From the NCBI GenBank assembly GCA_003427395.1, contig BFEA01000007.1:76760-132306 (forward strand): a DNA stretch of 55,547 nt. The letters run 5' to 3'. Positions 26,530 to 38,793 of this stretch are shown piece after piece. Position 1 is the first letter of the stretch. Each line of letters begins with the position of its first letter. This DNA comes from Chara braunii. Its lineage: Eukaryota; Plantae; Charophyceae. The notes beneath the pieces were generated by a model, which did no database searches, was not told where the DNA came from, and saw only the letters and a list, made by a program, of their open reading frames with translations. The translations under genes were made by a program, and so were the position numbers.

Positions 26530-27290
26530 AAAGTCGAGGAGGAGAAGGAGGAGAAGAGGGAGGAGAAGGAGGAGGAGGAGGAGGAAGAAGAGGAGGAGGG
26601 AGGAGAGCACGCCGACGATGAGGAGGACGGGGAGGAGGAGGAGGAAGAAGAGGAGGACGAGAAGGAAGACGAGGAGGAAAGGGCCAACGCCAATGAGGAG
26701 GGAGGAAATCACGACGACGATGAGGAGGAGGGGGAGGAGGAGGGGAGGAGGGGGAAGAAGAAGAAGGAGAAGACGACAACGAGAAGTAGGAAGAGGAGGA
26801 CGAGGAGGAGGAAGAAGAGGACAAGGAGGAGTGAGGAGAGCACTACGACGATGAGGAAGAAGGGGAGGAGGAGGGGCAGGAAGAGAAGGAAGACGAATAG
26901 GAAAGGGCCGACGCCGACGAGGAGGGAGAAGAGCATGACGACGATGAGGAGGAGGGGGAGGAGGAGAAGGAGGGGGAGGAGGAAGAAGAAGAAGAAGTAG
27001 AAGACGAGGAGGTGGAGGAGGACGAGGAGGACGAGAAGGAGGAAGAAGTGGACGAGGAGGGAGGAGAGCACGGCGACGATGAGGAGCAACGGGAGGAGGA
27101 GGAGGGCGAAGAGGAGGAAGACGCGGAGGAAAGGGCCAAGGCCGACGAGGAGGGAGGAGAGCACGACGACGATGAGGAGAAGGGGGAGGAGGAGGAGGAA
27201 GAGGAGGGAGATGAGAGGAGGAAGAGGCGGCGGAGGTGGACTGGGGTTAAGGGGGAGGCCGGGCACCACCTGGAGGAGGAGGAGGAGGTT
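26530..27290. repeat. (GGA)-rich degenerate minisatellite
   Basis: Recurring GAAAGGGCC..CGCCGACGAGGAGGGAGGAGAGCACGACGACGATGAGGAG units; complementary-type tracts at 23520-24210. Confidence 0.8.
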
Positions 27291-27776
27291 TTCGTCGAAG
27301 AAGTTCAAGGCCGGCGACGATGACTCCAACACCAAAGCAGCGGGGAGGCGGGGCAGTTGTCCATCAGTGCTAAAGCAAAGGGGGGGGGAGCAACGTGTAG
27401 CGCGGCAACGGGGCAGCGGGCCGTTGGTGGGGAGGGATGGGGGGCAGGCCACTACACTGCGCGTAGCACGAAACCGGGGCTGCGCGATTTCAAAAAAAAA
27501 ACAAAGCCCGATCTGGGTCGTCGATCGTCGTCGATCAATGGTCCAAATCGGAATTTTTTTTTTTCAAAACCGGTCGACCGCCTTCACAATCTGAAAGTGG
27601 GACGGTGTTCAGGCTGCCACCCTATACCCCACCACACCCCAGATGCGATTTCCGAGCCTTGAGCATACTTTGCGCAGGTCCCGGAAAATGTATTTCCCAT
27701 AATATTCGGGGCCTTTTTTACGGCCGGATGAACCGGATTATTGGAGGTCCGCCAGATTCTCGAAAATTCTACTTAG

Positions 27777-28490
27777 AAATAAAGTGAAAACAAAAAGTAA
27801 AAAGTGAAAAAAAATGAAATAGTGAGTGGCCGAGCACGTTTCGACACCTTCATCTTTGGAGATTTGTAATGTTTTTTTGGATAAGCAAAATGACTTCAAA
27901 ATTTATAGGTATGTACCTCACATCATAGAGAACTCTTAAGAAATCATCAGAAAGATTTGGCGTGAGCCAAACCCCTTCAGGTTCAGACCCCTAACGTTCG
28001 AACGTACACAAGTCCGTCCGCGGGCCTACATACGTACGGGTTTGTTAAACTGTATATATATATATATATATACACAGTTGCCATGCCGAACGTTCGAGGG
28101 CCCCCGGGCAGACCCCTGAACGTTTGGGCGTTCGGGGCTCGAACCTAAAGGGGTTCGGTCCCCGCAAAAACATATTTCGGGGCCTAAACATTTTTTATTT
28201 TTATTTTTTTTTGTGACATGTTGTACACGCATATAAAATTTTACGGTATTTTATTGAGCCAAAAAAAAAAAAAAATTGTCAAAGATGACGGTGTTCAAAG
28301 GTGCTCGGCTACTTAGGTTTTTTTTTTCTTCACTTTTTACTTTTTTTGTGGTTTTATTTTGATGCCTCAAATATGTTATTATTTTTTGAAACTTTTTGCA
28401 TGAGTTTTGTAGCATGTGAAGCACACATATGTAAAGTTGCAGGGCATTTGGCTATGCCAAAATAAATTAAAAACCTCCAAAGATGGCGGT
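27777..28490. mobile_element. CAGGG-family MITE fragments
   Basis: Continuation of the split MITE, then a new copy after the (TA)n at ~28053-28072 that is truncated at 28490. Confidence 0.75.
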
Positions 28491-31360
28491 CTACCCACCT
28501 TTCCCCAGTTCATCCCCCTTATCTGGATTCAAACAACATAAACAATAAAAATAGATGAACTTCCTAGATGCAACTTCTTTACTTAATTTGAGTTAAATCC
28601 AAAAAGAAACAGAGATTCATAAGGCCACATGCATACATAGCATACAAATACAAGGATGCTGTACTTTAGTGGGTTTACACATGAATAACTTGACGAATTG
28701 CTATACATGAAAGTTCCCTGCCCGAGAACCTTGCATAGGTTCCGACAGAGTTCCCACAATCGGTGGGTAGATCTCCCAGAAGGCCTTGATGCAGTCCTAC
28801 GGGTTTCCAATTTCCCCCTGCCGCCTCCTCTCCGAACCACAGACGAGAATAAGAAGGGTAGAAAAAAGGGTTTCAAACTCTTTAAATATAAGAAAGGGCC
28901 AACTCAACTTGTATGAGAGGGTCTTGGTCTCTTAGAGCGTGTGTGGGCTTCGCAATAGTGGCCAAAAACGCAGTAAGGCAGTTAACCCTCGATTAAAATG
29001 CCGAGTAATGACCCTCTGACTAACCTTCAAGCCGCAACAATGACGCCCTCCTTACAGAGCCTAACCACTCCCTTAAGTCGTGATGTCGCTTCCTCTAACC
29101 AAACAACAGTCACACAGCCTAGATAGTCTGCATTGGAATAGAGCACACCCCCTGTGCTTTATTCGAGATGCAGGCAAAACGGAGCAGAAACTTCACAAAA
29201 CATTGCACGCACAGCAACCGTGCGCAACAATAGAGCACCGTGGCAATGCACAAAGTTAAACGCAGTAAGTTAATAACATCACACAATAAGGTTAAGCGGC
29301 TAAGTTGACTAACATTGCAGACGCACACAACAAAGCTCAGCAAAGTGCACAACAAGTGCACTGTGAGTCTAGAACAGAATGCTCAGTGAACTATTTTGCA
29401 AAGTGCATAACAGAGTTGCTCCGCGTGACACAGGACAACAGACAGCAAGGTGCACAATAGAGCAACAAGTCTAGTAAAGAACGCAAGGTCGTGTAGCAGC
29501 ACGCACAGTGAAACAGTTCAATAGCAATACTGCAAAACTCAGTAAGTAACAGTAAGGGACGACTAAGGCACTGCACAAATACAGCAGCGGGGAGCAGCAA
29601 CAAGAGACGTAGCAAACACTGACTCTACAGATCACCGCCACAACCAGGTAAGCGCCCACACCACCGACGATTTGCACCGATAGTCAAAATGAACTAATCT
29701 GTGAGGCATTGAAGAATCGATTGACCATGCTCTCATAGTCCGTACTCGCACTAAAATTCTGATTCCACTAAGTTACTGCCCCCTCTGTTATGCAGAAGAT
29801 CTCAACTCTTGTTGAGCCTGCCGTAAATACTTGTGCTGTCTGCTAACAAGTGTACTTCCCCAGCCTAATTTCTAAAAGACAAAGTTGCTCACCCTGAATG
29901 ACAAGCACGCCAATATTGGTGCGAGCCTCTACCAGTTCCCCTCTTATCCTGTCATGCTCAGACATTGCTCACTGTCCTTCGGCTCCCAATAGGCACACTC
30001 ACGCTCAGATGTTCTCATAGCAGATCATCGTGGCTGGCGGTAAAGTAAATAGACCGTGAAAACGTTACTTCTCCTTTCTATCCGAACTTCATTTCTCCTC
30101 AGGCCGAATCTTCCTCTATTACATGCATGTGCTCCGCCTCACTTCAAACGGGAAGCAGACATGTCTGCGCGGTTAGCGCTATGACGACGGCTACCACGAC
30201 GTGGAAACAAACATCGTGGAATCAAGGACGATGGAAGTGGCCATGATGACTGTGACGATGAGCTCGATCCAAGAGCGGGAAGTACCAACGCAATGAATGA
30301 TGACCATCATTGGGACGAGGAGCGTGGTAATGAGGACTACGACCGTGAGGAACACAAAAAAAAAACGTGCTACGATGAAAATCTTAGGCATGATCACCAA
30401 ACAGATGGCACCATGGCACGAATCTACCCCACTACTCATTAACTGTGCGAAATGAGAATGGATCCAACACGAGATCCTGTCGGGACAACTACGGCCTCAT
30501 GTAAACAATGACCATGAGGACAAAGGAACATGATCACAGGGAGGAAGATCGTCGGGAGGATTGCGGTCAACTGGTTAATGACGAGGACGACCAGATGGAT
30601 GATGATCATCAGAATGATGAGCGAAGGCACATGGTAATGAGCCTCAATAGTAAACAAGGCGATTAATAGGACGAGAACCTGCATATCGAGCACCATCTGA
30701 ATCGGAATGGTGAGCGACTCTTAAGAGAAACGTATCCCGTAAACTAGTATAAGCAAGAGCGCCAAAATGAAGATGGTGACTGCTCGAAGCATGATAGTGA
30801 CCATACACGCGGAGTGAAGGGGAATACAACCTTGGTCAGGAATAGTACTGACCACGGTCATCGACTTCGCTCCTTCTTGCTCTCCAAATATGCCAAAATG
30901 ATAATAATTTCCCACTACAACGTGGAAAGCTACATCACCCCTTAGGCCTTACTCCCGCTCGCTCCTGCGAGGTACGTGCCTTCCATCCTCCCTTTGCATA
31001 TAGACTCGACCTCTCCGTTGTTGTCAGTATTCTCTTTGCTTGCTGATATTGACGTTAACTCGCTCCAAAAACACCGCGCGGTAAAAAAAAAAAAAAAAAA
31101 ACGACCATGGGAACCTTTCTCGATTTTTTAGAGTCATCCTTGCGCAGGGTCCATACTAATCCTCTCCGAATTGTTCCAATTTTAACGGATGTCCCAAAGG
31201 ACTGCCTCGAGGGTACGGTCATGGGCATTCCCTCGAAACTGCTTCGTTCCCAGCAATTCAGAATTGTAGTATTTTACTTAATATCTCCTTCCTCTGGAGC
31301 CCGAACTCAAGTCTACATTTCAATAGTCCACGGGTGTACCAACCGAACTAAGCCAGTCAG
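28490..31360. mobile_element. U6-bearing retroelement-like segment, copy 1
   Basis: 28490-28975 is homologous to 36287-36770, and 31100-31360 to 38578-38790. Confidence 0.65.
31083..31202 (-). ncRNA. U6: U6 snRNA-derived sequence (variant or pseudogene), full length with T19 tail
   Basis: Minus strand GTCCTTTGGGACATCCGTTAAAATTGGAACAATTCGGAGAGGATTAGTATGGACCCTGCGCAAGGATGAC..AAATCGAGAAA..T19; ACAGAGA box altered; AGC->AGT. Confidence 0.9.
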
Positions 31361-34300
31361 TGTCACACCCGGTCCCAGTTCCAACACCGGTACCACAGCC
31401 TAAAAGTCTCAGAGTGGAACAACAAAATAATAATAATGATAATAATAAAATAAAAGGAAAGATTTGAGACTATACCGAGAAGGGGGGGGCTGTCGACACA
31501 CCTTTGTCTCACCAGCTTGTCCCCAATCAGGGATCGACGATAAATCCGAGGGTGCATGGTCCCACTAGACCCTCCCCCTCGGCTCCTTCAAGCTGCTTCA
31601 CCGCTCCTGTGTTGTCGGTCGCTAGCCGCGATCCCCAAACCTACCTGATGAAAGTCCAATACCGTAACCAGTAGTGTTAGCCCCAAGGTTGACACTAGCA
31701 ATTGCGGAGTTTCTTATAAAGGGGCTCAACACACTTGCGCAACCCTATTGAAACGCCCAAAGGCCAGACCTTGGCCTACCAGTCAAATCCACAACCGCCA
31801 GAGGGTGTAAACACGTCGCACTGAGCCGCCTGGTACCGCTCAATGCTGTTGTACGTTGTTGAGCGCATCGGTCCCGCACGGGGACCCTCCCGACCGCGTC
31901 ATGTAGGATTTTGCAGGACTTGTCGCAGAGAGCATTTGCCGCTCCGGCCGAGTGCGCAAGCCGTACCTCTCGCGAGCCCCTACGACAAGACAGGGTCACG
32001 CGAGGCACCGCTTACCTCTACCTGCGGGAGTTGTCACCATCCCTTGGGTGGGTGTATCCCCGCCGAGCTACTGAACCACATACGAAGGTTTTTCGTATGC
32101 AATTGCGGAGGTGGCCCAGCCAAGGGCGTTTCTCATTCGCTGTAGCATAGGGGGTACGCGCAGTCGAACGCCCAAAAATCGAACCTGCATGTGAATCGAC
32201 GCACTGGGGGGCTGAGGCCCCAAACGCGACTCGGTGCCGGTCGACTAGGACGCGTCACACACACCACGCGTTATACCACAACACTCACATCCACAAACAC
32301 ACGACGCAACAACACAACAATACAACAACACTCCTAGTCCCTTTAGTATCCAACCCATAACTTTCCGAAGCGAGAGTCAGATAGGCCTCGCTCACTGAAC
32401 TTGGCATAAAAAGTTGGGCGGGCGCATGACCCTCTCATATCAACTAGCCATGAGAGCATACGCAAGCAATTGCAACGATGGAGTACTACATGGTACCCAT
32501 AGTCGGGCAATCCTCAATAGTCTCGAGGGTCATGTTCGACACTCAAGTGTCGGCTGATAAGCGCTTTGAGCGGTTAATCTCTCGACCCTAAACAACCGCC
32601 AAGTGCGGTTGAAGACCACACCCTCTTTTGCACCCTGTGGAGAGGGGTTGAGTAGACAGCTTCAGGGCTGTCGTGGCGGCCAGAGATCAAGGGGTTTGAC
32701 TTTGATGGTTGTCACGGACTACAACGTCCAACTATAAAAACTCAAAAAGGAGGCGAACGCAGATAGAGAAAGAGGCTCACCCCCCTTTTCCCCTCTGCCT
32801 AGCCCATATACCAACTTGTACAGCCTGATAGGCCTATCAAATGGAAGAGGCAGGTCAGTACGAAAGGTGCGTGCGGATAATGCCCAAATCAGACCCATGT
32901 GCAAACCGACGTTCGAAACGTTGGAAGCTCGTATGCAGATCCCCATAGGTCGACTAGGACTAGTACTCCGTTCGCGCGTTGCTTCGCATTACCGGAGCTC
33001 GGGTCTACTTACCACAACATACTTTTGTCCTTTCTGCTCGACCCATAACTTTCCAATGCGGAGATCGGTAAGTGCTGCACGCAAGGTTTAGTATAAAACC
33101 GTGCAGGCGCAGGACCTACACATACAGACCAACAATGCAGTCCTACGTAAGCAGTCGTGGTGACGGCGCTTTTGTGGTGCCCTTAATCGAGTGGCCTTAT
33201 CTGAGTCATGGGGTCGTTCTCGACGCTCAGGCGTCGACTGAAGCTCGCCCTAAAAGGGGGGGAAACCTTTAGCGAGTGCAAAGGCGGCCTGAGGGCTTTA
33301 CCATCTTCTGCACCCTGAGGTGTCCCAAAGGGTGCGGGGTATGATGGTCCCTAGGGCAGAAAGGAATTCGGAGCGGTGGTGAGTTGTCTGGTGTACCACC
33401 AGCGACGCGCTAATCCTTCCGCCCGGAACTTTATCGTTCCCCCAAAAAATTAAAACAAGAAAAAAGAAAAGGAACACTCATTGTTAGCAGAAGAAAACAT
33501 GAACACCCCGTCGGACTGAGTTGTTGGGGGACAACCCCTCAGCCTCGCGGCGCGTCTGTCTCCCAGGTACAGCGTCGTGCGGCAAGTAAATCAGCCTCAG
33601 CGCGAGGGGTGATCCCCTCCGCGCTGAGCCTAAGACTTGGGACGTCCTCGACAAGGACCTCGAATTCCAGGCTCAAGACTAGCGTCCGACCAATTAAACC
33701 GGAAAAAGGATGACGTAGACATATGGTCGCATAGCCCCATGAGGGTTATCTGAACGTATGTCTACTTTAACTCTCACAATAGCAGGACGAGGAAAAGGAC
33801 AATCACAAGTAAAACAAAGAGTTGCGTGGTAGTTTACTCTCACGACAGTTATGTGGTTTGCCCATCTGGATCCAAAAACATAATCATTCAACAGGAATCA
33901 ATCGAGATTCTTCCAGACATACCTGCAATCATACGCACGACATTCAAACAACATCGCACACACTAAAGGGGTCAACTTTTCAACCTTCTACAACTCACAT
34001 CCTGCCTTATGCACATAAGCCCGACCATTTCCCCACCATTCCTCAACAAAAATACTCAATCTTTAAGAAATGACCATTTAGAAAAGATCAAGGTGAAAAC
34101 CAAAAAAAACATAAAACCCAACAAGGGTCAAGGCCTTAGGTTGAGAAGCAGAAGAGACAGGAAAGTTGAGTCGTGAACCGACGAATCGGCAACCGACCTC
34201 TTATCAGTGATAATAGAAAAGTGATCCTTCAAAGGATCAGGACGAACAGATCAAACCTTCAAGCGAAACACGAAAACCTTCATCACAGTACAGACAAAAC

Positions 34301-34910
34301 AAAGAACCACTACTATGTTCATGCCAAAGGGAAAGTACATCCCAAGTCGTAACCTAGCTCCTCTACTACTCTCATTATCAGCTCTCCTTACTAGTACCAA
34401 GTGACTCCTACCTGAAAATATTCTAACTCCTCAAATTCTACGAAATTTCGGCAGCGCTTCCCGTAGGAAAAGTGCCTTCTCAAAATTTTTACGAGCCAAA
34501 AAATGATTAACTCTTTCAGATTTACAGAAATTTCGGCAGCGCTTCCTGTAGGAATAGGAGGCTGTCAAGATTTGTACAAAGCTGAAAACAGAATGACAAA
34601 GCAAAACTATACTTGGGACCATTTTTTGACACTTGCTTGATAGTTAGGATTGAAGACAGTTTACACGATCCCTTTTCAGAAGATGGCATCATGAGTTATC
34701 GTCAATTCTATCTTCCAGTAAGGTCAGTCTTATCTTTATCCCAAACTTTCCCTCCCATCATCCATCTCATCTGCCTATAGCTCCAGCTCTCGGCGAACAT
34801 CTAAAACAACTAACATATCCAAAATATGCCCCAAAGTGAGAGCCCACAAGCATGCATAAACAAACATCTCTTACAATCCCACATCGATTTAGGCCAAGTA
34901 GTTCGTTACA
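31361..34910. mobile_element. LTR-like block (probably Ty3/gypsy); orientation and ends uncertain
   Basis: Starts TGTCACACCC, candidate end CGTTACA; PPT-like AGAAGGGGGGGG before TGTCGACA at 31491; repeated CATAACTTTCC and AAATTTCGGCAGCGCTTCC motifs; no clean TSD or PBS. Confidence 0.4.
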
Positions 34911-34960
34911 TCACTTAGTTCCTTCCCTTCTTATGTCCCCCCTCACTTATGACATACGAT

Positions 34961-36250
34961 CAGACAAGACCCTAACTTAAGGGTATGCCTGACCTACCTA
35001 AGTAAACAAGTAAAGTACGCATAATTGGACTGCTCATAACTTAAGGGTATGTCCATAACATGATGAAACGTATGTCCAGACTGCCGTAGCTTAAGGGTAT
35101 GCCCAACACAACATAAACTATGAACATGAAGCATATGACCAGACCGCCCTAACTTAAGGGTACGCCTGACTTCTGCCTAACTGACGAAATGAAGCATAAA
35201 ACTAGGTTGCCCTAAGTTAAGGGTATGCCTAATTAGCTTTAAACAAGTTACATAAGGCATAAAATTAGACTGCCCCAACTTAGGGGTGTGCCTAACCTGC
35301 CTAACACAAGTACAAACGACAAAAGGTCGGACCGCCCTAACTTAAGGGTACGTCCAACCTACATCACATCAACGACAAGAGCATATCGCTAGGCCGCCCC
35401 AACTTAGGGGTACGCCTAGTCTGCCTGAACAATTTAAATTACCTAAGGCAATCCGATCAAACCGCTCTAACTTAAGGGTACGCCTTATCTGCCTGAACAA
35501 GTACAAACGACGTATGACTAAACCGCCCTAACTTAAGAGTACGCTTAGCCTTCGCAACGTCAGTTTAAACAACCATGAATACTCTTTCACAAACTTTATA
35601 ATTTCCTTTCTTTTTAGGCAGATGGTCAGACCTACCCAACTTAGGGAGACATCCAACCCTGCCTTGTGTTTAGAAGGGAAAATAAATGAAGATTTATACT
35701 AACTCTCTGCACTTTTGTATTATCACGAGCATAAGACTGAACCGCCCTAACTTAAGGGTACGCTCAATCTGCCCGGGTTACCTTCACTTTATATTCTTCA
35801 TTTGTCTCTCTTCTCTTTTTGTTCTACCCGACTTACTGACTGGCTTTCCCAACTTAGGGTGCCCGGTCTGTCAGCTGATATAAATTCCTATAATATATAT
35901 CAACTTCTGCATTTTTGGTTGACTTTTAGTTCATAGCTTATGGCTAAGCCGCCCCAACTTAGGGGTACGCTTAGTCTTATGCCCTTGTTCCCCTCAGAAG
36001 AAACACACACAGAGCCAGGGCTACGCAACTTAGAATATCCTAGCTCTGTTTTCAACAACCCAAAAGAAACATCAGGATTCTGAGTCCTCCCAACTTAGGG
36101 TGTCCATCCTCCTGTTCAAAAACCCCAAAAGGAAACAAGTGGTTGCACCATCCAACTTAGGATAGTCCCAACCCAAAAAGATTATACATTCAGCCCAGCA
36201 AACATAAATAAAATACTGCACTGAACCCACTCCACTTAGAGGGATTACGC
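34961..36250. repeat. Array of ~18 stem-loops with conserved AACTTA loop
   Basis: Core CGCCCT-AACTTA-AGGGTACG at ~50-68 bp period for 10 units, then ~60-110 bp; compensatory changes in the stems. Confidence 0.9.
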
Positions 36251-36494
36251 CTTGGGTTGACCCGGTCAAACACATGCAAAACACCGTTCTCCAACCTTCC
36301 CCCAATTCATTTTGCCTGAATTCACTCAACGTTTATTTGAACTCTCATATATATCTGTTTATTTAACTTTTTACAAGACATGTCCTGACATACATCAAAA
36401 TAAAAGTAATAACCTTTCATAGTTATATTCAGATACCCAATGGAAATTATAGTTAGGGGAAGGGATCACACGTGTCAGACGAAATTATACCTGA

Positions 36495-36770
36495 AGTTCC
36501 CTGCCTCCAGAACCCCGTCTGGGCTCCGGCAGAGCTCCCACAATCGGTGGGTGGACCTCCCACAAGGTCTTGATGCGGACCTACGGGTTGCAATCCCGCC
36601 TGCCGCCTTCCTCTCGTAACCTTAGACTAGACTTAGAGTAAGAAGGGCAGAAGTAGGGGTCTTTTAGTCTCTCTGATACAAGGAAGGTGCGCTCAGACTC
36701 GCGGGAGAGGGCCTTGAATTCTTCTATCTCCTGTGGGCCCCACAATGATGGCCAAACCCACTGTCAAGAC
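36495..36770 (-). pseudogene. Decayed ORF remnant shared with 28712-28975
   Basis: SRPCGRSTHRLWELCR versus SRPSGRSTHRLWELCR with mostly third-position differences; strand not certain. Confidence 0.45.
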
Positions 36771-37256
36771 GCAACGCATAGATCCCTAGATAGACTTCCA
36801 AGTTGCGGCAGCCACCTCTCTGAGGCCCCCGGCGTGCGCAGCAAGGTGCGCAACAAAAATCGAAAAGCAGCAGAAAATGTGCCCTCCAACCTGTGCACAG
36901 TAACCGAGCACTGCTGTAATGCGCAGCGCAATGCTATGCATCCCCAAGCAGCCGAGATACCGACTGCAACAGTAACCTTGTGTCCATCAAATAATCCTGA
37001 CAGCCTCAGAGTTCAACAACCTCATCTCCCCCAACATCCTACTCAGTCACCATTGCTAGCGTTGTATCAGCCATAGTCCACCAAGCCAAAGCGTACAGGC
37101 TCAAACTGCAGTAATTGCAGTTTCCTCCCATACTGCACGCCAATAGTGGAAACACCAAAGGGCACGGTACCGCACGACGTATCAAAGGATACAGTCCCAA
37201 ACGTACCAAATGACTCGGAGTATGGAATCCCCAGTAACAACAAACAAGTAAGCCTC

Positions 37257-37258
<2 letters not shown>

Positions 37259-37331
<73 letters not shown>
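37259..37331. repeat. (CT)n microsatellite
   Basis: Seen directly. Confidence 0.95.
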
Positions 37332-37334
<3 letters not shown>

Positions 37335-38577
37335 TCACGGATACTTGGCGTTCTGCATTGCTATGTACAAGCAGATAGAGGGACTAAGTCGAAGGGACAA
37401 AAATGCAGGTCGAGCGAGATGGGAGTCAGCGAGAGGCAGCTCCAGTATCACCAACCAATACTGCAACAACGATCTGGCGTCTTCAAGAGGATAGCTGGGT
37501 TGCAGATGACGAGCGTGAACGCTGCAAACACACCGGTGGCTGCCCTCACGTCACTTTCATCGATAGTAGGGGCAAAATCGAATGAATCTTTCACTGGATC
37601 ACGACCATATGCACGCGACTTCACCTTGAGGTAAGTGTTCGCCCATTCTGGCTTTCTCATCCTTCTGCTTTCCCTCTTCCATCAATAGGATGAGCGGTTC
37701 TCGCTCCACCACTTTTAGGCATATATAAAAAAAAGGAAGTAACAAAATGTGAATCAATCTCTCGCTAAAAAGTGGAAAGATATCCTTCCTACAATTTGTC
37801 CCCGTTATGCACCGCGCAGCCCTCACCACTCGTGCAGCTAAATCCACTCACCTTATCACCGATCTGAGCTCAGCATCTAATGCGCGTCGCCTAAGAACCT
37901 CCAATCCGAGCCTTCACTCACTCGTTTTCGCTGAGAAACGAGCGAGCCATGCGATTTTCACTCCCGTTTTTCCTTCGTCCTTCTCCTCGATTCCTCTGGT
38001 GCAGCTACTTCATCAACAATCTCAAAAACTAACTACCAAACTCTAAATCTAACACCGCTACCACGTTCGCCACTCTTTAAAACCCCTAAAAACGACTCCT
38101 CTCTTGTTTCATTTCCCATACTACCGTATCCACGCACACGAGGCTCCCGCGCACAACTTTTTCCTATTAACTTTTTCTATACTAACTTTGATCTAAAACT
38201 AACGTTCGATTCGAGGTTATCATAGTCCAAACCCCCTACTTAGAATTTTATTTCGCTTAGTTCTATCAAGAATCGAGCGAGGTCACGATCTCCTCTCCCG
38301 CCATAGCTCGTTTCTTTTTGACATGTATCCGGCGCACTACGTCGTTCGGGTTCACCCCACCCTTGACTGCGCCCGTATCCTTCGTTAGTGGCTCGTCACT
38401 CCACCTTGGCGCTCGTCGTGTCTTTCCTACCTCCTTCTCCTCACCTCCGCCGTCTTCACCTTCATTCACCCTCCTGTTGCCCTTATAGCGCAGCGCCCAA
38501 CAATCAGCGTGGTCGAGAGGACGCGCAGCAACGGCAGCTCACCGCATGGCCACCCCAAGTGAAAGTATCGGGCTGCT

Positions 38578-38663
38578 CCCCGACTTTATACGTGTCACCC
38601 GGACGCAGGCGCCATACTAATCTTCTCTGTATCGTTCCAATTTTAACGGATGTCCCGAAGGAC
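38578..38663 (-). ncRNA. U6: U6 snRNA-derived sequence (variant), 3' end replaced, no T tract
   Basis: Minus strand GTCCTTCGGGACATCCGTTAAAATTGGAACGATACAGAGAAGATTAGTATGGCGCCTGCGTCCGGGTGACACGTATAAAGTCG; intact UUCG 5' stem and ACAGAGA box; AGC->AGT; ISL altered. Confidence 0.92.
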
Positions 38664-38793
38664 TGCTTCTTGCGCAGAGACCCAGAGTCGTCGGGTCTGC
38701 TGCCTTGGGTCAACTCCATCATCTAGAGTCGGACAGAGGTTTGTATCTAGGCAGTTCTTGTGTGTACCCACCGAGCCCAGCCTGTTGACTCAC

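Larger units (their letters stand above)
23311..27776. mobile_element. 4.5-kb non-autonomous hAT-like element with nested repeats
   Basis: Ends TTGGGTAG...CTACTTAG; 8-bp TSD AAATAAAG (an alternative register, GAAATAAA with 23306-27775, also fits); CCGGA subterminal repeats at both ends; splits a MITE that resumes at 27777; left end resembles 52022. Confidence 0.7.

Noticed and set aside
26354-27594. Glu/Arg/Ser/Pro-rich ORFs
   Set aside because: Translations of GGA/TCC low-complexity repeats, open in many frames, inside a non-autonomous element.
31083-31300. Functional canonical U6 gene
   Set aside because: ACAGAGA and AGC are mutated and no USE/TATA is seen upstream.
34961-36250. CRISPR array
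   Set aside because: Repeats are degenerate, spacers are related to each other (ACAAGTACAAACGAC occurs twice), the period is irregular, no cas genes are present and the context is eukaryotic.
38504-38722. ORF containing GTSVKIGTIQRRL
   Set aside because: This is the conceptual translation of the U6 sequence, not a protein.
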